From NCBI GenBank assembly GCA_002269645.1, contig NIVC01001149.1, forward strand, positions 186,001 through 250,000: a DNA stretch of 64,000 bases, given 5' to 3'. Shown here one piece after another: positions 26,122 to 39,641 of the stretch. Each line of letters opens with the position of its first letter. Position 1 is the stretch's first letter. Position numbers and translations under genes: made by a program. Source of the stretch: Macrostomum lignano (lineage: Eukaryota). The notes beneath the pieces are model-generated. The model made no database searches. It was not told the origin of the DNA and saw only the letters and a list, made by a program, of their open reading frames with translations.

Positions 26122-29100
26122 ATGAACGAGTCCATCATTGTGATTGACTCAGACGATGATGAACAGCAGCAGCAGCAGGAGCGGCGGCGGCAAAAACAAA
26201 GAGCTCTCGTCACGGCTTCAATTGGAGCAATGAAAGCCAGGTCAGCAGTTGCCATGCCTCAGCAGCCACAGCCTCCTCAGCAGCCTCATCAGCAGAACTA
26301 TGCCGGCAGTCTGCAAAGCGTCAAGCTTGGCGGCTTCGTGCCGCTCAACTGCACCGTGACAGGCGGCGGCGCTGGCACAGCAGCAGCAGCGGCTGCAGCG
26401 AGATCGCGCCGATTCAAGGAGACGCCGCGAGGACGAAAGTCCACAGGCGGCCTGTGCGTCAGCTCCGCCCTGCGGCTGGGCGGCTCGCCGTCTGGAGTGC
26501 AGAAGCAGCCGCAGCAACAGACGCAGCAGCAACAGCAGTTGTCTCCGATTGTCAAGCAGGCCCTCCTAACCAACGGCCGGGTCAGCCACTCCTACCCGCC
26601 GCCAGCCCCGGCAGCTACGAAGCCGCTGCCTCCAGCCGCAACCTACGACTCGGTGATCGAGAATGAGAACAACTACATTGACTACACAGAGTATTTCTAC
26701 TGCCGAGAGCTGGACCCGCTGGAGACTGTGGTCACCCCACCTGCCGCTGGTCCGTTTGCCTACAACTGCTGCGTCTGCTCCGCCCAGCTGCCTTGCAGCG
26801 ATGCGGCCGCCAAGCACATTCTTGAGCACCTGTTCAGCGCCAGGATTCACCGCGCCAACCTCACCGCGCACACGCGATGTCACCGCTGCCTGCGCAGCTT
26901 CCAAACCCCCGCCCGCATGCAGCGGCACCTCAGCCGCGCCCACCCCGACTGCCTGGACGAATCGGCGCTGGTCTGTCGAATCTGCGAGCTGCACTTCGAC
27001 ACGGACTCGAAGCTGGCCGACCACCTGGCTGGCACACATCCGCCCAGGGACATGCCCTACCGGTGCGAGCTGTGCGCCCACCGCAGCTCCAGCCACGCTG
27101 ATCTAATCCAGCATTTTTACTCCTTCCACGCCTGCAGCGGCGAGCTGCTCTGCTACTTCTGCTTGAAGGTTTTTCGGTTTCCAAATGGTTGGTGACTTTT
27201 GGTTGGCATTTTTTCTATCGATCTATAGAACTAATGCATTTTAGGATACTTCCTTTTTTAGCTTCTGTCTGTTATGATTTCCCTATGAACTTTACTGTAC
27301 AGGGGATATTTATCTCATGGTAGTATTCAGTTGGGATATTTATGCCACAGTAGTATTCTTATAGGATACATTTATCCCACAGTAGTATTCTTGTGAGATG
27401 CGTTTATCCCACAGTAGTATTCAGATAGGATATTTATCCCACAGTAGTATTCAGTTGGGATATTTATCTCACAGTAGTATTCAGTTGGGATATTTATCCC
27501 ACAGTAGTATTCAGTTGGGATATTTATCCCACAATAGTATTCAGTTGGGATATTTATCCCACAGTAGTATTCAGTTGGGATATTTATCCCACAGTAGTAT
27601 TCAGTTGGGATATTTATCCCACAGTAGTATTCAGTTGGGATATTTATCCCACAGTAGTATTCAGATAGGATATTTATCCCACAGTAGTATTCAGTTGGGA
27701 TATTTATCTCACAGTAGTATTCAGATAAGATATTTATCCCACAGTAGTATTCAGTTGGGATATTTATCCCACAGTAGTATTCAGTTGGGATATTTATCCC
27801 ACAGTAGTATTCAGTTGGGATATTTATCCCACAGTAGTATTCAGTTGGGATATTTATCCCACAGTAGTATTCAGTTGGGATATTTATCTCACAGTAGTAT
27901 TCAGTTGGGATATTTATCCCACATTAGTATTCAGTTGGGATATTTATCCCACAATAGTGTTCAGATAGGATATTTATCTCACAGTAGTATTCAGTTGGGA
28001 TATTTATCCCACAGTTGTATTCAGTTGGGATATTTATCCCACAGTTGTATTCAGTTGGGATATTTATCCCACAATAGTGTTCAGATAGGATATTTATCGT
28101 AATCTTTAAATCCCTCCGCAGGCACTGGCAGCTCCCCACCAGCGCAGTCTCTCAGCCCCTACTACTCTCACCTGCGAGCCCACCTGGCGGACAGTTGCTC
28201 AGATCCCCATGGCAACGCCAATTCAAACGGCTGCCCAAAGTGCAAGCTGCACTTTCTCAGCCGGCAAAGCCTGAAGCAGCACCTGGACTCGGCGCACATT
28301 GGCAAATGCTTCACCGTGGCAGAGGTGTCCCCAGTACCGTCTGGCGCGACTGCAGCGGCAGCCTCTGCAGCGGTGACTGCAGCCGCGGGCACCCGCAGTC
28401 TGAACGCTGCACCAGCCTCCAGGCTATGCGGCCTGGCCCAGCTGAAATTCAAAGTGAAGCGGCAGGAGACCTGCCTGGAATGCCTGCAGCCTATGAGCCT
28501 GCCCGGTGAGCTATCGAAGCCGAGCTTTGCTGCCTACTCATGTCATAAGTAGTATAAGTCTAGATGATAAAATTCTTAAAATAGTTTTTAAGGCAGATTT
28601 GTCCAGTGGTTGGAGCGTCAGACTCACGACTGAAAGGTCGGGGGTTCGATTCCCGATCCCACTAGAACAATATGTGTCCTTGACCAAGACCAAGACACTC
28701 TACATTGCTTCAGTTCACCCAGCTGTAAAATTGGTGCCAGCATTAGCTGAGGTGATTGAAGGTGTGTGTGGCGACCCCCAGTCCTTGGAATGAACAGCCG
28801 TACCTTGCAATAGCTGCGGCTGAGCTGTCGGTTGCACATCTGGCCCAATTCGGGCAGGTGTAATCTATTATTTTTTTCGGAAAGCTACAAGCTTTTAACC
28901 TACTTGAAGTAGTTAAATTTTCTAAAAAGCCATGGGCAACTAACTTTTATGCATTTTGTCTACTTGCAGTAGCATTATTGCTCAACAGAAAAGCTGGCTA
29001 ATTAACAGTATTTGAATTATAATTCTCAGGCCACTACCAGCGCCAGCACCTGTGCCCTGCATGCCGCTATGTTACCTGCTGCGGTGAGGCCTTCGCCAGG

Positions 29101-30723
29101 CACGAGCGCCGCCACCGCACTGCGGCATCGACTGCTGCTGCCACCTCGGCGGCTCCTGCTGCTCTGGGCGACATCGGCGTCGGCTCGGGCCTGAGCAATC
29201 CGGCGTTTGCGCTCTACTGCCTCTGCGGCTTCGCCACTGTGAATGGCGATGCCATGGCAATGTGAGGACATCTGCTGGGTCTGGGTACCCATAGGCAGCC
29301 TGGATACCCCTATGATTGACTAAATACCCCTATGGACATAATAAATACCCCTGTAGACACAATAAATACCCCTATAGACACAGTAACTTCCTATAGCCAC
29401 AAAAATACCCCAATAGATACAATAAATACCCCTATAGACACAATACATACCCTTATAGACACAATAGATACCCCTATAGACACAATAGATACCCCAATAG
29501 ACACAATCAATACCCTATATAGATACAATAAATACCCTTATAGACACAATAAATACCCCTATAGACACAGTAACTTCCTATAGCCACAAAAATACCCCAA
29601 TAGACACAATACACACCCTTATAGACACAATAAATACCCTTATAGACACAATAAATACCCCTATAGACACAATAAATACCCCTATAGACACAGTAACTTC
29701 CTATAGCCACAAAAATACCCCAATAGACACAATACATACCCTTATAGACACAATAGATACCCCTATAGACACAATAGATACCCCTATAGACACAATAGAT
29801 ACCCCTATAGACACAATAGATACCCCTATAGACACAATAAATACCCCTATAGACACAATAGATACCCCAATAGACACAATCAATACCCTATATAGATACA
29901 ATAAATACCCTTATAGACACAATAAATACCCCTATAGACACTATAAATACCCTCATAGACACAATAAATACCCATATAGACATAATATAAATACCCATGT
30001 AGACACAATAAATACCCATATAGACACAATAAATAATACCCATATAGACATAATAAATAATACCCATATAGACAATAAATAATACCCATATAGACATAGT
30101 AAATAATACCCATATAGACAATAAATAATACCCATATAGACAATAAATAATACCCATATAGACAATAAATAATACCCATATAGACAATAAATAATACCCA
30201 TATAGACATAATAAGTACCCCTGTAGACACAATAAATACTCTCACAGTGGCAATAAATAGTCTGATAGGCAGAATGACTGAATGCCACAGCAACTGCCTA
30301 TTGCACACCCCAATGTTCAACCCCAGTTACCTTAGCCATCGCTCATCATCACCAGCCTCCCAACGCACCCAACCCATCGGCAGGCACGCAGCCTCTGGCT
30401 GTCGCCTCTCTGTCGGAGTCAGCAGCAGTCGCAGCGGTGGCTCCGCCGCCTCTCGCTGGCAGCAGCCGGGGTCAACCGTGCGCCTCATTCGCCGTGTTCG
30501 CCACCGCCCCACCCGCCTGCTGCGCCATCGCCGCTCTCGCCAGCAGCGCCAGTGCAGCCAGAAGCGGCAGCAGCTGATGGCCGAATCGCTGGGTCTCGTT
30601 AGAGCAGCCGGCGCCGCTGCTGCTGCCGACTCAGTCGGGGAAGCCGCCGCTGACCTGACCGTACCCAGCGGGGTGCCTCTGCTGGAGTCAGTGGGACTGG
30701 CGAAGCGGGCTGTCTCTGCCTGA
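26122..30723 (+). CDS. ZNF280/POGZ-like multi-C2H2 zinc-finger protein, 4 exons
   Basis: Exons 26122-27187, 28122-28505, 29030-29261 and 30336 (or 30327)-30723 are phase-compatible. The motifs CRICELHFDTDSKLADHLAGTHPPRDMPYRCELCAHRSS...LLCYFCLK and CPACRYVTCCGEAFARH match the ZNF280/POGZ finger array as I recall it. The N-terminus is Gln/Ala-rich. Confidence 0.8.
27290..28100. repeat. 30-bp minisatellite (gggatatttatcccacagtagtattcagtt) in zinc-finger intron 1
   Basis: About 26 highly similar tandem units. Confidence 0.95.
28592..28877 (+). mobile_element. tRNA-derived SINE with a CORE-like central domain (family A, copy 1)
   Basis: The head has A-box (tgtccagtgg) and B-box (ggttcgattcc) motifs. 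The body tgtccttgaccaagacc...ttgcttcagttcacccagctgtaaaattgg is followed by a T-rich tail. A second copy lies at 59915-60207. Confidence 0.85.
29300..30240. repeat. 21-bp minisatellite (gacacaataaatacccctata) in zinc-finger intron 3
   Basis: Tandem imperfect units that fill intron 29262-30326. Confidence 0.93.
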
Positions 30724-30869
30724 GTTGACTGGCAGCCTGTGGCAACTGTTGTAAAGATATGATATATGATAGTTAGCATTTTTGTTTTGCTTCATTGTAA
30801 TAGCTTGGTGTTTGACTGTGTGGTTTGACAGGTTCCTATTAATAGTAATGACTCTGTCAATAAGTGTTT

Positions 30870-31850
30870 CATAATGTACTTGTCAGGTGTCATGATGTAA
30901 CTGTCAGGTGTCATTATGTACTTGTCAGGTGTCATTATGTACTTGTCAGGTGTCATGATGTAACTGTCAGGTGTCATTATGTACTTGTCAGGTGTCATGA
31001 TGTAACTGTCAGGTGTCATTATGTACTTGTCAGGTGTCATTATGTAACTGTCAGGTGTCATGATGTAACTGTCAGGTGTCATTATGTACTTGTCAGGTGC
31101 CATGATGTAACTGTCAGGTGTCATGATGTAGCTGTCAGGTGTCATTATGTACCTGTCAGGTGTCATGATGTAAATGTCAGGTGTCATGATGTAACTGTCA
31201 GGTGTCATTATATACTTGTCAGGTGTTTTTATGAAATTGTCAGGTGTCATTATGTAACTGTCAGGTGTCATGATGTAACTGTCAGGTGTCATTATGTAAC
31301 TGTCAGGTGTCATGGTGTAACTGTCAGGTGTCATTATGTACTTGTCAAGTGTCATGTACTTTTCAGGTGTCATTGTGTACTTGTTACGTGTCATTATGTA
31401 CTTGTCAGGTGTCATTATGTACTTGTCAGGTGTCATTGTGTACTTGTCAAGTGTCATTATGTACTTGTCAGGTGTCATTATGTAACTGTCAGGTGTCATG
31501 ATGTAACTGTCAGGTGTCATTATGTACTTGTCAGGTGTCATTATGTACTTGTCAAGTGTCATTATTTACTTGTCAGGTGTCATTATGTACTTGTCAAGTG
31601 TCATTATTTACTTGTCAGGTGTCATTATGTACTTGTCAGGTGTCATTATGTACCTGTCAGGTGTCAGTATGTACTTGTCAAGTGTCATTATTTACTTGTC
31701 AGGTGTCATTATGTACCTCTCAGGTGTCATTATGTACTTGTCAGGTGTCATTATGTACCTGTCAGGTGTCATTATGTACTTGTCAGGTGTCATTATGTAC
31801 CTGTCAGGTGTCATTATGTACTTGTCAAGTGTCATTTACTTGTCAGTTGA
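30870..31850. repeat. 21-bp minisatellite (gtcaggtgtcattatgtactt)
   Basis: About 46 tandem units just 3' of the zinc-finger stop codon. Confidence 0.95.
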
Positions 31851-32319
31851 CCTACCTGTCCGGTTAAACAGGTAGTTTTAGTCGGAGGACTTACTTTATA
31901 AAAGCTACATTGTCCAGATAAATTAATGCAACGCCTTAATACTGTACAAAACTAAGTTGAATTCAGTTTAGTGGAATGTTTCGCTGTATTTGCATATTTA
32001 TTGTTTGTATTACAACATTTTGAATTTTGATTGCCCTATTGAAGCTGCAACGAATGTACGGTACAAAAGCAGTCAATTCTGCTTAATCATGCCAAGTCCG
32101 CATTGGTATTAGTTTTATGGATTTGAAATTCTGTATTTATTCACTCTGTTAACCCTCCGTGCTTAATGGTGCCTTCTGGGGTCGATTTAAGAGCATAAAG
32201 AAAGTCCGACCGAGAACACAAATAGCTGTTTAAGGGCTTGCAAATTTTTTTGCGGAGAAGTCCCTGATAGGTTTAAATAGAGATGGAAACAAGCAGTTAT
32301 AAACACAATTATCAAGAGT

Positions 32320-32755
32320 GCTGTCTATGGCAGTGGGAGAATTATGGAGAGTGCTGTCTATGGCAGTGGGAGAATATGGAAAGTGCTGTCTATGGCAGTG
32401 GGAGAATTATGGAGAGTGCTGTCTATGGCAGTGGGAGAATGTGGAGAGTGCTGTCTATGGCAGCGGGAGAATATGGAGAGTGCTGTCTATCGCAGCGGGA
32501 GAATATGGAGAGTGCTGTCTGTGGCAGTGGGAGAATGTGGAGAGTGCTGTCTGTGGCAGTGGGAGAATGTAGAGAGTGCTGTCTATGGCAACGGGAGAAT
32601 GTGGAGAGTGCTGTCTGTGGCAGTGGGAGAATGTGGAGAGTGCTGTCTATGGCAGTGGGAGAATGTGGAGAGTGCTGTCTGTGGCAGTGGGAGAATGTGG
32701 AGAGTGCTGTCTATGGCAGTGGGAGAATGTAGAGAGTGCTGTCTATGGCAACGGT
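32320..32755. repeat. 32-bp minisatellite (ggagagtgctgtctatggcagtgggagaatgt)
   Basis: About 13 tandem units. Confidence 0.92.
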
Positions 32756-33779
32756 GAATACTTACTGAGATTTTCCGCTGGCAAAGCACAAGAAGGATAG
32801 GCAAGGGGTACAGGCTAAGTAAAGTACATGACAATATTTAATTTAATTCATTCTGCAATGTTGCTTTGACAAACAAAATCTCACCTATGCGCACTTGAGC
32901 ACAATGAATCAATTAAACTTGCAGTTTGTTTGAATAGTCCCTAATCTAACTGTACAATGTTAATATTATTTATACCTGTATCAGTTAAATGTTTTAGCAA
33001 TTATAAAGAATCTAGTTAATTGTTGAATAAGTCGTTAGCTTCAATTACCTGGCGCTGTTTTTTTTCTGCTTCGTTATATTTGGCACCGCTACTCGCTATA
33101 TCTATCTGTCTGCTTGTGTTTTGCTTCAATATTTGCCAAATTGACTATAAATAGTTGCTTGTAAAATTGTATGTTTCAATTTTCAAATAAACCTCGCTCC
33201 TTGTGTGGTATTGTTTGTACTTTTAAATCTGAATTTGACCGTCCACCTGAATTGCAAATGGTTATTGTTAAACTTTCAATTTAGTTTCAAAATGTACTTT
33301 AAAATGGTCTCATTGTTAAATACTAGCTCATATCTGGGACTATAGAGTTTCCTATTATGCACAATGTTCAATAATAGGGAACTTTGTCTTTGTAAGCCCA
33401 ACCATGCTTACTAGGTAACTTCGGTTTTAATCAGACCAGTTTGTACGAGTGCAAAGGTTCAGATAAACCTGTCACTGCTTCGTTTTGGTGTAGGCTTACA
33501 AGCTACTAGTAAATTTTATCTGTTAGCTAAACAAGCAATATATACATTTGGTACGATAAATGACAAGTAAAACTGTAAATTTTATACTAATCTTTTCGAT
33601 TTGGCATTATTCAGACAGATCCTGGCTAGTAATGTTACAGATAGCAGTTCAACAGCAGCATAAACATTTCATTTTAGTCGGGGCTGTAAGCTGGTACTAT
33701 TGCATTTTCTAAGTCATTGAAGCCTAGGAGTAAACAGTTGAATCCTTAGTGAGAGGAGGGTGGGGCGATCGAAGACTTG

Positions 33780-34135
33780 CTTTTCACTGTCTATGGTCTA
33801 AGTGTCACTGTCTATGGCCTCACTGTCTTTGGCCTAAATGCCACTGCCTATGACTCTATGGCCTAAATGCCACTGCCTATGACTCTATGGCCTAATTGTC
33901 ACTGTCTATGGTCTAAATGCCACTGTCTATGACTCTATGGCCTAATTGTCACTGTCTATGGTCTAAATGCCACTGTCTATGACTCTATGGCCTAATTGTC
34001 ACTGTCTGCGGTCTAAATGCCACTGTCTATGACCTAATTGTCACTGTCTATGGCCTAATTGTCACTGTCTATGGCCTAATTGTCACTGTCTATGACCTAA
34101 TTGTCACTGTCTATGGCCTAATTGTCACTGTCTAT
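33780..34135. repeat. 21-bp minisatellite (cactgtctatggcctaattgt)
   Basis: Tandem units that directly continue a MITE-arm-like sequence at 33725-33800. Confidence 0.9.
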
Positions 34136-35285
34136 TGTAATGCAGCCAATTTGAAAACTTGGGCGCACAGTTAATTTTTTTCACAGCTGTGCCAACCTGA
34201 AATGAAAAATCTAAACAGATCAGATAAACATGGAAATGGCGTCATCAATTCCGTAGCCATTATGGCCGTTGGTGCTCCAATTTCTCGACAGCGACTCTCC
34301 AGCCTCCGATCTACATGTAAGGCCATCCTGCTCAGCTGCACCATCCTCTCACCACTTCTCCACTTCAGCCTTCGACGCTCCACTTCTCGCAACATTCCTA
34401 AAGAAGCGATATTTCCTTCTATTGATCAGTTATTTGTTAATTCCTTTTTAATCCAGTCGTTAGTCCTCTTCTGTTTCCAGAAAATGCTCAGGCTTTCATC
34501 CTGTAGGCCTTCATCTCGAAAGCTATCAGTCGCTTTTCATCTTCTCCATTGTCCATCTCTTATTGTTGTCAGCAAATACATGTACAAGTAAAATATGCTG
34601 TAGAAAGGATTAACTGGGCGCAAATTCTTAAAATGGCTGCCCTACAGAACTTTTTGTCTTTGATGGCTTGATTCATTCAGATTCAACCACTGATAATTAA
34701 ACTGCTTGTTTATAGTAAAACTCGATCCATTGTTTAATAAAATGCTACTTTATATTATGTACGATCGTACACACAGCAGATACGTCTAGGGGCGAGCTCA
34801 CTTCTAAATTTAGATTCGCAAATTATGACTTAAAGTACCGGGTGCTACAATACACTATAGCTAGAATGTACCTTAGTATACGCTATACGCAAGCAGCTAT
34901 ATGAATACGAATACCTAGTCAATCTAATATTCTCTTAAAGGTAGAACCTCATTTTCTACACTGCTACACTACGGCAGACAGATGCCTTTTTGACACAAAC
35001 CAAGCAACTTCAGTCCGTAGTGCAAGCGCTACTCAAAACTATAATAAGCTCGTATTTTATACAGTTAAATGCATGTGCTGTAGGTTTTGCCAGACGGCTC
35101 TAAAATATATTTTGGAGTCAGGGACGCAAGGCACAGCAGGAAGCCAACTCGTTTGTCACGTGTGTGTATTAGCGATAAAGAGCTTACATTTATAAGTTAA
35201 TGGCAGCGAGAGATAAGCGAACCACACACGCCTTGACTAACTGAGAATCCTTGCAGAGTAACCTGAATTAACCCCCACAGACAGC

Positions 35286-38200
35286 ATGCTATTGTTGGAT
35301 TTCAGCGAACTGCTTGAGAAGAAGCTGAGCGGAGAGCGATGGAGTGAAGAGGACGTGAAGCTGCTTGTGCGGCTGGTGAGCTCAGGCCGGCTGTCCGGAC
35401 AGCAAATCGGAGCAGTGCTCATGCTCATCTTCACCAAAGGCATGGACGCGGAGGAGATTGTTCAACTCACCTCGGCCATGACTGCTTCGGGGGAGACTCT
35501 GTCCTGGCCTGACAGCCTGAGACCATTGGTGCGTTTTCTGTCTGATGTTCTGACCCTAAACTACTCGAGTGTATGCAAATCACTGCAATCCAAAAGCTCA
35601 ATTGCGCTTTCTGTTATTTATGGTAGCTACATGTACTCCTCATATTCATTCTTGTTCACCAAATGCGGAATACGCTTGTAAAACAAAACGATAGGACGAT
35701 TGTAAAATAGATATAAAATTAAAATTTTTCTTTTAAACTTAGGGGTTCCGTTCCGGTGATTTTGAATGGACATGAATTATGACTATAGAGTTACATTATT
35801 TTTACTCCGCTAACACGCTACCTGCCAATTTGAATGCCCCCGGCAGGTGGTGGACAAGCACAGCACCGGAGGCGTCGGCGACATGGTCAGCCCACCGATG
35901 GTGGCATCACTGACCGCCCTCGGCCTCAAGCTGCCGATGATCTCCGGCCGGTCGCTCGGCCATACTGGTGGCACCATCGACAAGATGGAGTCGATTCCCG
36001 GCTTCAACGCCAGCCTGACAGCCGAGCAGATGCGCGGCGCCGTCATGTCGGACGTTGGTGGCTTCATCGCCGGCCAGACCGAGGCGATGGTGCCCGCCGA
36101 CCGCGTGCTGTACGCGGCCAGGTCGGAGACCGCCACCATCCGGTCCGTGCCGCTCATCACCAGCTCAATCCTGAGCAAGAAGGCCGCCGAGGGCATCTCC
36201 GCCCTGGTGATGGACGTGAAGTTCGGCCGCGCCGCCTTCATGACCACTTTTGAGGAGGCTCGGATCCTGGCCGAGTCCATTGTGAGATCATATTTGCGTC
36301 AATCGTTACATGTAGTTTAGGTGAAACACGTACATGTACAATAATTGCACTGCGGATTTTGTCTCTTTCATTAGTAAGGCTGCACAAGGTCGTCAACGAT
36401 TCCTCCCAAAAGGTGTGCTTTTGAGCAACGATTTTGAGTCTGTTGAAGTTCTCGTCCATTTGCAGCCTGAACGACCGATGGAAACTAATATACTTGCCAA
36501 AAAGTTAGCCTCAAATCTTTTTAACAATACGATCGTTCGACATCCGTGACGGCGCAACAAAAATTGTCAGTGGACAGACTTCCTACCCTTTGGCAGTTCA
36601 CTTGTGAGCATGAACTGTTCTACACTGAAAGAACTCTCTCATCCAACTGCTTAAGGAGCAAACCGGACGCGGCTACGGCATGAAAGTGATAGTGTTCATC
36701 ACCGAGATGGAGCGGCCGCTCGCCCGCTGCATCGGCAACGCCGTCGAGGTGGCCGAAGCTCTGCAGGTGCTGAATGGAGGCGACGCGGCCTCGGCCGGCC
36801 TGCGCGAGCTGGTGGCGCGCCAAAGCGGCTGCCTGCTGCGCCTGACCGGCAAAGTCGCAACGGACGAGGCCGGTGCTGCGGCGGTGCGCAACTCTTGGAG
36901 CGACGGCTCGGCGCTGAAGGCGATGCGGCGCATCCTGGTGAACCAGGGCGTCTCCGAGGCGCTGGCCGACAAGCTGTGCGAGCGGGGCCAGTTCAGCGTG
37001 CAGGAGTACCTGAGCCGGATGGGCCGGGAGCCGCTGTCTGTTACTCAGCTGAGCAGTCCCGCTTCCGGTGAGTGCATTGTACTCAGGGGAGCTCAAATCC
37101 GCTAAGTCACTAAGTTTAGCAATTTGTCAAGAGTGATCCAGCTGCGCCTTGAGTAGTTCATCAACAGGTTGGTGATCAGGATAACCGTAAAATATATAGT
37201 AAAAGTACAACTTAAGGACTTTTGGACCATCATTGGCCTGGAGGTTTGTTGTGCGGTTTCACAGTCACGAAGGCCGGCCCCAAGGCGCAGAGAGTCTACA
37301 AAACATGCCTGATGATTAGAAAGTCAGAGCCGATGTACACCCTTAGTGAGCGTGTGTATGAACGCGTGCTTTGTACATTATGTGCTCATGGGGTGGCGGA
37401 ATGGACAGAATTGTCATGACCTATCGTTGTGGGACGATGTCGCCAAAAGGTGTAGCGCCACCTCAAATTTATAATGGGGCCCTTCCCCTCCCCAGTGATA
37501 GATCCTGGCTACACTCTTGATGCTAAAACGAGTCACTTCATGCTCATGCACGCTCAAGGCTCCTTCAAATGAATTTTAATCACCAAAGACATTGTTTACT
37601 AAGTTCACCCCAGGAGGCCCTACATATAGTTCGTAGGATTGCCTTCGAATGAAGCCTACTACAAGAGTTATAGGTGTTCACAAGGTGGACTTTAAAGGCA
37701 AATTAACTTGATACCACAAATGAAAGCAACATTCAGAACTCGAAGAGGCAAAAGCATTCATGCCTTATGACGGCACACGCTCACACAGGGTGAACAGCGG
37801 CATGGGAGGCCATGACTGTGAGTCGTCGTGATTCAGGAGTAAGACGCGTTTACCGCTGAGGCACTCTGCCTCATAACCACATGCTAGGATAAATGCTACA
37901 TGCTACGAATGCCCTTTGATTGCAGGTTTCGTGTCGGACATTGACGCCCTGTCTCTGGCCAAGATCTGCCATCAGCTCAGCAGGCCGGAGCGTCTCGGTG
38001 GCAAGCTGGATCATTCAACCGGACTCGAGCTGCTGGTTGTCAAGGGTGACGCTGTTAAACAGGGTACGTTTTTGTCTGAGCTAAACTGTAGTAGGAAGCT
38101 TCCAAATTTTAGACCGAGTCAGTGTAGGTAAAAATCAATTTCATTAAAGCCGCTGAATCAATTTACGAAGAATTTTTCTAATTTTTAAAAAAAATACTTT

Positions 38201-38674
38201 GGGAAGTGCGAGTAAATTTTGAAATCAAGAATGTACTTTCACAATCGAGAATGTACTTTCACAATCGAGAATATACTTTCACAATCGAGACTGTACTTTT
38301 TTCACAATCGAGAATGTACTTTCACAATCGATAATGTACTTTCACAATCGATAATGTACTTTTACATTCTAGAATGTACTTTCACAACAATAAATGTACC
38401 TTTAGAATCGTTAATTGTCTAAATCGTAAATCGAAAATCGTAAATAAATATATTTACTTTAACAATCAAGATGGTACTTCTGCACGTCTTGCACTTCCCT
38501 TTATGACCAAACTCAATGAACAATTTCCTTACTGCAGGCAGCCCGTGGGTGACGGTGTACCACAGTGACCCGCTGACTGAGCGTCAGAGACAGGGTATTG
38601 ACGCGTGCCTTCAGGTAACCAAGGAGCGGCCCCAGGTGCTGTCCCTAATCCGTGAGATCTTCCCACAGCATTGA
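35286..38674 (+). CDS. TYMP: Thymidine phosphorylase (pyrimidine-nucleoside phosphorylase family), 5 exons, 454 aa
   Basis: Exons 35286-35528, 35847-36281, 36656-37067, 37926-38063 and 38538-38674 total 1365 nt and are phase-compatible. Family motifs: [66 protein letters not shown]. Confidence 0.95.
38225..38395. repeat. 20-bp minisatellite (cacaatcgagaatgtacttt) in TYMP intron 4
   Basis: About 8 tandem units. Confidence 0.85.
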
Positions 38675-38867
38675 TCGGAAGACGCAGCTTATAATTAAAC
38701 GTCGATAAAGCGATAGTGAACTTTCATTTTAGCGATTACCATTATCTAATAAAAAATGCTGAATTCAAATTAAAGTAGCTAGTATCCAAGTATCCCTCTT
38801 TATTATATATGTATGTATTAGTACTACATACATATACTAATAGCATTTCCCAGCCAATGGAGCCCTA

Positions 38868-39265
38868 AGAAAAAGCAGTTCAAATCCTCAGTGGGAGAAT
38901 CAGGCTATTGAAGACTTGCTTCTTGCATTGTCCATGGCCCAAAAGGTGGTCTGTGGAGCGGCCTATATTCTGAGAACTTTTCCACAGCATATATTCAGCG
39001 ATTGAAATCCAGGCTGATGAAATTTTCAGAAAATGTTTTCGAAGCTCTCCTTGCTAAATCCTTTAACTGTTATATCTATTTTTGTCTGATGAGAGATCTG
39101 CTGGTTCCTATAGTTTCAAGTTTTTACGGCTATGGAAGAGATTAATTGCGTACCGAACTCTCAATTTCGCTGCTTCACAGACTCCCATTTAGGCCATAGA
39201 CAGGTAAAAGCAAGTCATCAATCGCTTGAGCCTCTCAGTAAAGATTCAACTGCTTGCTAATTATA
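38868..39265. mobile_element. Foldback/MITE-like element with ~70-bp imperfect inverted arms
   Basis: aagcagttcaaatcctcagt...gaagacttgcttcttgcattgtccatggcc is mirrored by ggccatagacaggtaaaagcaagtcatcaatcgc...gattcaactgctt. Related arms occur at 33725-33800 and 41815-41840. Confidence 0.65.
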
Positions 39266-39641
39266 GGCAACCACTAGTGCACGAGGCTTCTATAGCCACA
39301 CTGTCTCAATCAACGGATGGCACGCTAGGCGTGCCATGGCTTATCAAACTCGTCCCCACTGTCAATGAGCACTGTGTCAGCAAACGGCTAATTACATAAA
39401 CTTGCTAACTTGGCAGCTTCTTTTTCCATCAATCGATTGATTTTACGCAGCCCTATCCTGGAGACTGTCTATAGCCAATATCGACCCCTCTTGCTTTTCT
39501 TTTACAGTATTTTTTCAAAATAGAATGACTGACTCTCTGGAGTAAAACTTTACGATTTTATAACATATATTTTTGTGCCCTAGGCTACCTTATTACTGCT
39601 TTCAATACTGGTTCTAATCAAATCCTTCGAGACAAGTATAA

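Noticed and set aside
28592-28670. tRNA gene at the SINE heads (also 43550-43623)
   Set aside because: A and B boxes are present, but there is no complete cloverleaf and the sequence continues into SINE bodies and tails.
32149-32156. TTAACCCT as a piggyBac left end
   Set aside because: No matching AGGGTTAA right end was found, and it is too far from the transposase to link.
24660-34135. Regular 18-32 bp arrays as CRISPR arrays or repeat proteins (for example MTPDKYI, LSHSSIQLGY)
   Set aside because: The units are contiguous with no unique spacers, there are no cas genes, and the context is eukaryotic and intronic or intergenic.
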